Positions 56,955 through 64,000 of a stretch of 64,000 nucleotides of DNA are shown one piece after another; within the stretch, counting starts at the first letter, position 1; every line of letters begins with the position of its first letter. The notes beneath the pieces are model-generated. The model did not search any database. It was given only the letters and a program-made list of their open reading frames with translations, and was not told where the DNA came from. Both the position numbers and the translations under genes were made by a program. The stretch is from an uncultured Planctomycetota bacterium (GTDB taxonomy: Bacteria > Planctomycetota > Planctomycetia > Isosphaerales > Isosphaeraceae): NCBI GenBank assembly GCA_963845755.1, contig CAWJTV010000030.1:32001-96000 (forward strand), read 5' to 3'.

Positions 56955-57194
56955 ATGAAAGTGATCCCCGTCAGTGAAGCCAAAGCGAACCTGAGTCGAT
57001 GCGGTCGCCTGTGCGAGGAGGAACCCGTGATCGTGACGATCCACGGCGTCCCGTCCTTCCAATTGACCCCCTTGTCGGAAGACGACGACCTGATCGATCG
57101 CCTCCTGGTTCATAATCCGAAGTTCGTCCAAATGCTGGAAAAACGCTCGGGGGAACGGACGATCTCGCGAAACGAGGTTCAAGAACGTTTGTAA
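56955..57194 (+). CDS. Phd/YefM-like antitoxin
   Basis: VSEAKANLS...EPVIVTIHGVP; GGAGGA ribosome-binding site. Confidence 0.8.
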   Translation: MKVIPVSEAKANLSRCGRLCEEEPVIVTIHGVPSFQLTPLSEDDDLIDRLLVHNPKFVQMLEKRSGERTISRNEVQERL

Positions 57195-57243
57195 TCCGCT
57201 CGCTTCGCGGACTTTACTGGGATCGCCATGAACTCCCCGCAAG

Positions 57244-57483
57244 ATGTTTCGGAAAGCACTGAACAATCCCAAGAACTTGCTGTTTCATGACTTCGTACAA
57301 CTTGCAGGAGCCTTCGGGTTCCGGCTTGCGCGGACGAACGGCAGCCATCACATCTTGGTTCATGACGACGTCAGGGAGCACTTGAACCTTCAGGACGTCG
57401 ATGGTGAGGCCAAGGCTTACCAAGTCCGCCAATTCTTCCGACTCGTCGAGGAGAACAATCTCACCCTGGAGGATGACTCGTGA
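57244..57483 (+). CDS. hicA: HicA-family toxin
   Basis: FGFRLARTNGSHH...AKAYQVRQ. Confidence 0.87.
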   Translation: MFRKALNNPKNLLFHDFVQLAGAFGFRLARTNGSHHILVHDDVREHLNLQDVDGEAKAYQVRQFFRLVEENNLTLEDDS

Positions 57484-57704
57484 AAGACTATCACATCAAC
57501 ATTTTCTACAGCCAAGAGGACGAAGGCTACATCGCCGACATTCCCGATCTGCGCTTCTGCTCGGCCTTCGGTCGCACACCGGCCGAGGCTCTCAGCGAGT
57601 TGCAGAAAGCCAGGGAAGCGTGGATCGAGACCGCACGTGCTGAGGGTAAGCCCATCCCCAAGCCCCGCTATCGTCCGGCGATCTATCAGAGCGTGCGAGC
57701 CTAG
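57480..57704 (+). CDS. hicB: HicB-family antitoxin (short, no DNA-binding domain)
   Basis: EDEGYIADIPDL..CSAFGRTPAEAL...IPKP; overlaps the hicA stop. Confidence 0.9.
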   Translation: MKDYHINIFYSQEDEGYIADIPDLRFCSAFGRTPAEALSELQKAREAWIETARAEGKPIPKPRYRPAIYQSVRA

Positions 57705-57761
57705 GGATGGCCCTACCCCGTTGTCCGTGCGAGAATCCTCGGGTTGTTGGAGGCCCCGGTC

Positions 57762-58487
57762 GTGCGAAGTCCGTTTCCCGGGATGGATCCCTACCTCGAA
57801 GCCTCCTGGGGCGATGTTCATCATACGATGATCGCGTATGCGAGCGCCGCGATCCAGAAGCCATTGCCTCGCGGACTGGTCGCTCGGATTGATCGGCGGG
57901 AATTCCTCGAGCCGATCGAGAGCTGGCCCCGGCGAGAGGCGGAGTGGTTCCTGCGGCGGGGCGGCTCTCTGGAACTCGGCGAGCCGACGCGGCAGGGATT
58001 CATCCAGATCATCGACATCATGTCGGGTCGGCGCGTCGTCACGGCGATCGAATTCGTCAGCCCGTCGAACAAGGTCCCCGGTCTCGGTCGCGATTTGTAC
58101 CTGAAACAACAGGCAGAGGGGCGTGAGGGGAGCGTCAGCCTCGTCGAGATCAACCTGAATCGGACCGGCCGCCATGTCTTGACCGCGCCGTTTGACCGCA
58201 TTCCTGAAGGCCACCGCACTCCTTATGCCGCTTGTATTCGGCGGAGCTGGAGTCCGCTCGAGATCGAGTATTACCGAATCCCCCTACGCGAGCGGCTTCC
58301 CGCCATCGCCATTCCACTCCGTCGCGACGATCGCGTCGTCCCACTCGACCTCCAAGACCTGCTCGATCAGTGCTACGAGTCAGGGGGATACGACGACATC
58401 AACTACCGTGAAGAGTCCGATCCGCCCCTGGAGCCCGACGACACAAAATGGGCCGACGCGCTCCTGCGGGAGAAAGGCTTGCGGTAA
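57762..58487 (+). CDS. DUF4058-family restriction-endonuclease-fold protein
   Basis: SPFPGMDPYLE, AIEFVSPSNK, LVEINL, LPAIAIPL, LDLQ. Confidence 0.88.
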   Translation: MRSPFPGMDPYLEASWGDVHHTMIAYASAAIQKPLPRGLVARIDRREFLEPIESWPRREAEWFLRRGGSLELGEPTRQGFIQIIDIMSGRRVVTAIEFVSPSNKVPGLGRDLYLKQQAEGREGSVSLVEINLNRTGRHVLTAPFDRIPEGHRTPYAACIRRSWSPLEIEYYRIPLRERLPAIAIPLRRDDRVVPLDLQDLLDQCYESGGYDDINYREESDPPLEPDDTKWADALLREKGLR

Positions 58488-58573
58488 CGGGTTTCGGTCG
58501 CTGGGAGACCGGCCATCGGCTCGTCGGCGTGTCGCCCTCGCCTCGTCTCGTCGTCAGGGCTGCTCAGGACGGG

Positions 58574-59379
58574 TCAGTGCTCCATGTCGTGGTAGGCCGC
58601 CATCCGATCGCGTTGATCCTCGGAGTCGGAGTGCGAGCGAAGCGGGTCATTCGCTTCGTCCTCGCGCTGCATCTCCTCCATCACGAATCCGGACTGGCGC
58701 GTCGCCGAGATCGTCAGCGCAGTCACCTGCATCAGGGTGATGGCCCAGATGAGCAGGGATCCCAAATAAAGTAGATATTCTTGCGCCGCCAAGAACGGAC
58801 GTGGTCGTAACGGCCACGAAGCAGACCAGTCTGTCCGCTCGCAGAAGAGGAGCATCCAGAGTACGGCGCCGGTCGCCGCCATGGCCCGCGCCGACTTGCC
58901 GGAGTCCCGCGCCTGTTCTAGCCCCAGGTGTTCGAGGTAATCGCAGCTTAACCCCGCCAGCAACGCGAACTCCGCCCACCCCAAGGCCTGGCCGAGATTG
59001 ATCCGGAGCCATTGATGTCCGATATCCAGATCCGGAATCCCCAGGGCGGGGCCGTGTTCGAAGAACCAGAGCACCCGTCGACCAGCGTCATCGCGAGCAA
59101 GAGGCCCGCCCGGCGCTGCCAGCTCACGTGATCCCAACGACCCCAGAGCAGCGCCGTGCCGAGCAGGCTACCAAAGGTGATGGGTACATCGATCCACTCG
59201 TACCAGCTCGAGAATTCAATTCGGATGATGAGGACGGCGAGCTCACCCTGGAAGAACCGGGCCAGGAGGGGGAGGATTGCCGTAATGCAAGCGAGACCCA
59301 GTGCCACCGCGAGGAGACCGAAACCCAGGCGGCAGACTTGATAGGTCTTGCGGAGCTGTTCGCGTTCGAGGTCGATCAT
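58574..59379 (-). CDS. Hypothetical multi-pass membrane protein (frameshift near 59075)
   Basis: ORFs 58948-59436 and 58574-59137 join into a protein with several hydrophobic segments. Confidence 0.6.
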
Positions 59380-59557
59380 GGCGGATGCGCGTTTCAATTT
59401 CGGTGAATAACCATGCTGTTCAGCGTAGAAATCCATTCTAGTACCTCGACGTCGGAGTCGCCAGGGGCATCGAACCTGGCACGCCTGAGTTCACCCTCCG
59501 GATTGGGAATCGGTCACCGAGACGGGACGAGGGGGCCAATGCCTGGGTCCGCTCGCG

Positions 59558-60007
59558 TTAATCCGGCGCATCCAACGAATCCGCCGCCTCCTCCGAACGG
59601 ATGACCAGCGAAACCTCACCCCAATCGGTGGGCGAACACGGGGAATCCGAAGAGTCGGGCGTCTCCACTTCCAGAACAAGCCGTCGATGGCCACCCGATG
59701 CATCCAGCAGGACCTCGTATTCGGTGGAGCCCGGCGAGACCGGCACCGCGGGTTGTCCGTTGACTTCCAGGAGCCGGATCCCCGGAACTTGCTGCAAGCG
59801 GACCACCACCCGGCGACCGGCCTCCGATGGGGGCTGATTAAACCGGCGCGTCAGTCGCAATCGCCGCCGGCCATCGGCTGCCCATCGAGTCGGCAAGGTC
59901 AATCGGCATGGCGCCCCTGTGGGTGGATCGATGCTTTCGCATTCCCAGCCGCCACGGAGGCGGATTCGATGTTCGTTCATTACCGCGACTACCCCCGCAA
60001 GAATCAT
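59558..60007 (-). CDS. Hypothetical protein (beta-sandwich-like)
   Basis: HRIRLRGGW...LTRRFNQP...VNGQ; start uncertain. Confidence 0.55.
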   Translation of the reverse strand: MILAGVVAVMNEHRIRLRGGWECESIDPPTGAPCRLTLPTRWAADGRRRLRLTRRFNQPPSEAGRRVVVRLQQVPGIRLLEVNGQPAVPVSPGSTEYEVLLDASGGHRRLVLEVETPDSSDSPCSPTDWGEVSLVIRSEEAADSLDAPD

Positions 60008-60593
60008 CGAGTGAACGCTTGCATCCGATGGATCGCTTTTTGAGGCGCGAGCGTATCGAAGTCCTCGAATCGCTCGGGCTTTGGTCTAGCCTTGACTGAG
60101 TGGAGACATTATAGTCAAGGGCTCCTCAGATTGGCCGGAGAGGAACGTAGCAGGCCATGAAACCTCGAGTGCCGTCAACCTCCGATTGACGGGCTGGAGT
60201 CCCGCCTTTGGGCGGAAAAAGACCGGATCAAACCGGCACTCCAACCGATCGAATCCAGTTTGACGCACCATCGGGTTGATCGTCGGCCACGGCTCGCCGG
60301 CATTCCGAGACTGTGAGGGGGCGTCCGCGTGAGGACGTGCCGTGGTCGGTTCCCTTGCACTTCCGGTGGTTCCGAGGATCGGTTTGATTTGCCGCGGGTT
60401 CGATGCACTGCGGCAACCCTCTGGTTCGCTTGATGTGCTCCGCCTGATCGAGCGATCGGGCGATCATCGAATATCGGGATCGTTGTGACCTAAGTCACGG
60501 CTCGAGCGCGCTTCGAAGCCTCCCGCTACTGGCCGGATCCTTCCGCACGACCGGCGAGCCCAAATCCTCTCCTGAACTCTTGCAGAAATCGCC

Positions 60594-61694
60594 ATGGCAA
60601 ATGATCGAGTGGGCAAAATGGCTCACGCGGATCGGCACTCACACATTCTGGATGAGCCGCGTCGCGTCTCCGCCACACCCAACGGCCAGTCCCACCTGAA
60701 ACCGGCTCCCCAATCCCTGCTCGGCATTCGGATCCTGTCTACCGGAAGCTATGTACCGGAACAGGTGGTGAGCAATCGGGATTTGCAGATGACGCATGGA
60801 TTCGATCCGGATTGGATTGTCAATCGCACGGGCATTCACGAACGGCGGTTCGCCCTGCCCCACCAAGCGACCAGCGACCTGTGTACCCAGGCAGCCCTGC
60901 GCTGCCTGCGCGCAGCGGGCCGCGAGGCCAGCGACGTGGACCTGCTGGTCGTGGGCACCTTCACGCCGGATATGGCGTTCCCATCCACGGCAAACCTGGT
61001 TCAGGACCAGCTCAAACTGGTATGTCCCGCCTTCGATGTTCAGGCGGCCTGTGCGGGTTTTGTGTTCGCACTGGTCATCGCGGCCCAGTTCGTTGCCACA
61101 GGGAATAGTCGCTGCGCGCTGGTGATCGGCGGTGATTGCAACAGCCGAGTCACTAATCCCGGCGATCAGAAAAGCTACCCACTCTTCGGAGATGGTGCCG
61201 GCGCCGTCCTGCTGGCGCCCGGCGAGCCCGATCAGGGTTTGGTCGCCTACCAACTTGGCTCGGATGGATCGGGTGGCGACCTCCTGAGCCGGCCCGCCTG
61301 CGGGAGTCGGATTCCTCCCTCGACGGCAGTACTGGAGCAAGGACTCCACTACCTGACCATGGATGGACGCGCCGTCTTCAAGTGGGCGGTCCGAATCCTC
61401 GCCGATTCGTCACTCGCCGTTCTCGCCCACGCCAACTGTCAGGTTCGCGATGTCCGCTGGTTCATCCCCCATCAGGCGAATATCCGCATCATCCACGCGG
61501 CGACCGACGTACTGGGCTTCCAGCGCGACACCGTCTTCAAGAACCTGGAACGCTACGGCAATACCTCCGCCGGCTCCATCCCGATTGCCCTGGATGAACT
61601 CAACCGCCAGGATGGGTTTCGGAGGGGAGACTTGCTGCTGACCTCCGGCTTCGGGGCCGGTCTGAACTGGGGGACGGCGTTGTGGCGATGGTGA
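60594..61694 (+). CDS. fabH: 3-oxoacyl-ACP synthase III
   Basis: RTGIHERR, AACAGF, FGDGAGA, PHQAN, GNTSAGS, GFGAG. Confidence 0.95.
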   Translation: MANDRVGKMAHADRHSHILDEPRRVSATPNGQSHLKPAPQSLLGIRILSTGSYVPEQVVSNRDLQMTHGFDPDWIVNRTGIHERRFALPHQATSDLCTQAALRCLRAAGREASDVDLLVVGTFTPDMAFPSTANLVQDQLKLVCPAFDVQAACAGFVFALVIAAQFVATGNSRCALVIGGDCNSRVTNPGDQKSYPLFGDGAGAVLLAPGEPDQGLVAYQLGSDGSGGDLLSRPACGSRIPPSTAVLEQGLHYLTMDGRAVFKWAVRILADSSLAVLAHANCQVRDVRWFIPHQANIRIIHAATDVLGFQRDTVFKNLERYGNTSAGSIPIALDELNRQDGFRRGDLLLTSGFGAGLNWGTALWRW

Positions 61695-61768
61695 TCTTGC
61701 GCAGTAGGTAGTGTCTTCCGCGGTACGATCTCTGCGCTGTACGCGCATCGGCCGAATTCCCAATTGGA

Positions 61769-62045
61769 GATTCGAGATTCCGGAATCGTCCTCATCCGGA
61801 ATCTCGAATCGACAAGCCCAATTGGGTTGCGGTCGAAAGCCACATCAGAGTCGTCCTCCGTAGGATCCCTTCGCCATGCGCGCCTCTGGGAATTCCGGAT
61901 TCGAGATTCCCGATTCCCAGATCATTCCCCTTCGGGAATCCGGAATCTCGAATCGGGAATCCCGATTGGGTTGCAGCCGAAAGCCACATCAGGTAGTAGG
62001 CAGTCAAGACAAGGAGGGTCGCCCTTTCTGACTTCTGCCTACTAC
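61769..62045. repeat. Composite intergenic repeat (tandem hairpin units plus an 11-bp inverted repeat)
   Basis: 16-bp perfect IR 61769-84/61795-810; 28-bp direct repeat 61821-48/61965-92 (26/28); GTAGTAGGCAG/CTGCCTACTAC 61993-62003/62035-45. Confidence 0.8.
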
Positions 62046-62125
62046 TTAATGGGCATTGAGAAGCGGTCCGTTGAGACAAGAACGGGCCGCATCCCATTTT
62101 CTACCTACCGCCCACTGCCGACTGC

Positions 62126-63949
62126 TCAATTCGTAGCCGGCAAGCGTCCCTTGAGATGCTTGGCGAAGACGCCCGCGCCCGTGTTCCCCAGGCCGGTCGT
62201 GCCGTTGGTATCGATCGCCTGGCCGGTGACGGTTCCCGTGATCGCGCCGTTGCCCGCCGTGCCGGTCGCTCGGCTGTAGTGGTTGTTCGCCGGGCGGAAC
62301 GTCGCGGAGATGTTGCTGTTGATCAGGTCGCCTCGGACCTTCAGCCGGCCAATCTGGCTGGCAGCCCGCGTCCCTTCCAGACCCTGGACAAACGCGTTGT
62401 AGTCGAAGCCCGTCTTGATCTCGGTATTGAGCAAGCTTCCGGTGATGTCCGCCTGGTTGATGGAGCCGGATGTGGTGATGAGGGCGTTGCTCAGGGCATT
62501 GCCAGGGACGGTGGCATACGTCGGCCAACCCTGCTCGCCGAGCTGGACAAGGAGGGGGTTCTGCGGGGTCGATGCCAGGGTGTTGGCGGGGCCGACGACG
62601 AGCTGGTCGATCTGGGTCGCCGTGACCAGGCCACCGAGATCGCCCGCGGCCGGATACCCGGTTGTGGCGGCGTACGTCCCGTAGTTCGTCGCCGGGAGTT
62701 GTTGCCCGGCTGTACCCTTGGCCGTGAACGTGCCCGCGGGATTGCCGAGCCCCTTCTTGAACACGAGCTTGTGGATCGGGCCGTCGACGTCGAGGCCCAC
62801 GCCGTCGGCGGTTCCGTCGAAGATCGCCTTGCGCAGGTGCGACACGCCACTGGTCGCCGACGTGAAGGGTTGAGAACTGTGCGACACAGTGAGGTTGACC
62901 GCAGAACCATGGACGTGGATCTGATTGACGGCCGTCGCCTGGATCGCGGTCCGTCCGGTCGTGCCGACCACCGGGAACAAGAACTGGTAGCCTGCCGTAC
63001 CGGGGGTCAATTCGGAGGACGCCGAAGTCGAGACGGGAGGAATCAGGTTGAAATTCGCGATATTGCCCTGCGACGCCGAGACGATGTCGAAGTTCTTGAG
63101 CGCGCCGTTGACGATGAGCTGCACGGTCGGCGTGGTGAGCGGCTCCGTCGGGATCGAGGTAGCCTCAGTATCGCTGTAGACGAGGTTCGAGATGCTATTG
63201 AGGTAGATCGAGGGCGCGACCTTAAGCGGGGTGTTGGGCGTACCGATGACGATCTGGGCGGGCGTCGAGTTGGTGGTCGTGTCGAACCCGTACCGGATGT
63301 CTTGGAACGAGAGCGTTTTCACGCCGCCGTAGAGGAAGACCCCCGTCGGTGAGCTCACCGCGGGCAAGACCTGGTTCGAGAGGATGAACCCGTTGAGCTC
63401 GATCGACTTGACACCGGAGGTCGCAATGAGCTGATTGAACATGACCGTGCCTGAGGGCAGCGCCGCCGAGCCGGTCGCCGTGGTGGTAAACGCCAGGTTG
63501 ATGGGCAGGCCGATGCCCGGCGTTCTCGGCGAGGCCTGAACCAGGCCGGTCACGTAGGTCTTCTTCGGATTGGTGCCGACGAGCTGGATCGTGTTGATGT
63601 CGTCGTCGAGTGCGCCGTCGTTGGGCGTTGTGTCGGTGACGATCACCTTGCCGGGCCCGTGGACGGTGATCGTCCACAGGTCGCCTTCTCGGTCGATCCC
63701 GCTGACGAGCTTGCCTTCGTTGCTCTGCAAGAGACTGTTGATGTTGTTGGGGCGGAGCTTCGAGGCCTGGATGATTTCCTTCTGGTGCGTGATCGGGTTC
63801 TGCACCGGAAGATCGGTCGGCACCCAGGGTGCCAGGTAAGCGGGAAGCGTTATGGAGAGGACTTGACGGCTCTCCAGGGCCTCCGGATGGGACATGAGCC
63901 TCCGCCGTCCCGAGTCGGACCGGCCAGACTGCCGCCGCGTGCGTCTCAT
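62126..63949 (-). CDS. Secreted/surface protein with planctomycete extracellular signal, function unknown
   Basis: MRRTRR...HPEALESRQVLS; T/G/S-rich; paralog of 17831-19668. Confidence 0.83.
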   Translation of the reverse strand: MRRTRRQSGRSDSGRRRLMSHPEALESRQVLSITLPAYLAPWVPTDLPVQNPITHQKEIIQASKLRPNNINSLLQSNEGKLVSGIDREGDLWTITVHGPGKVIVTDTTPNDGALDDDINTIQLVGTNPKKTYVTGLVQASPRTPGIGLPINLAFTTTATGSAALPSGTVMFNQLIATSGVKSIELNGFILSNQVLPAVSSPTGVFLYGGVKTLSFQDIRYGFDTTTNSTPAQIVIGTPNTPLKVAPSIYLNSISNLVYSDTEATSIPTEPLTTPTVQLIVNGALKNFDIVSASQGNIANFNLIPPVSTSASSELTPGTAGYQFLFPVVGTTGRTAIQATAVNQIHVHGSAVNLTVSHSSQPFTSATSGVSHLRKAIFDGTADGVGLDVDGPIHKLVFKKGLGNPAGTFTAKGTAGQQLPATNYGTYAATTGYPAAGDLGGLVTATQIDQLVVGPANTLASTPQNPLLVQLGEQGWPTYATVPGNALSNALITTSGSINQADITGSLLNTEIKTGFDYNAFVQGLEGTRAASQIGRLKVRGDLINSNISATFRPANNHYSRATGTAGNGAITGTVTGQAIDTNGTTGLGNTGAGVFAKHLKGRLPATN

Positions 63950-64000
63950 GGAAGAATCCCTCCCCGGCAGCTCGCAAAGGTGCGTCAGCACGACGATCGT

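Noticed and set aside
56082..58500. Integron cassette array
   Set aside because: No recurring attC-like sites in the spacers and no integrase.
61769..61992. CRISPR array
   Set aside because: Only two 28-bp repeats, a 116-bp self-complementary spacer and no cas genes.

Overview
GC-rich bacterial window, very likely Planctomycetota (Isosphaeraceae-like; inferred from 'LE.LE.R.ll(S/A)' extracellular signals, an ECF sigma/Ser-Thr kinase pair, DUF4058 and a groEL-groES-groEL-dnaJ-grpE operon). Many housekeeping genes carry single-base indels, most likely long-read assembly errors. From left to right: a partial MoxR/RavA ATPase; a chemoreceptor-less CHASE3 hybrid kinase/CheR/CheB/kinase operon; a decayed surface-protein gene hit by an IS5 element; complete IS1380- and IS4-family elements with visible inverted repeats and target duplications; GT4-truA-asd; purD with an internal 70-aa duplication; an LPS/lipid cluster (lpxK, waaF, LPS kinase, PlsY fused to a beta-propeller); icd; a TolC-like protein; a chaperone operon with a sigma54-type promoter; ECF+STK; a XisHI/Phd/HicAB/DUF4058 cluster; fabH; and two paralogous uncharacterised secreted proteins. 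The standout, absent from the ORF track, is a tRNA-Lys(UUU) gene (22768-23168, minus strand) split in its anticodon by a 328-nt ORF-less group I intron with an intact catalytic core.
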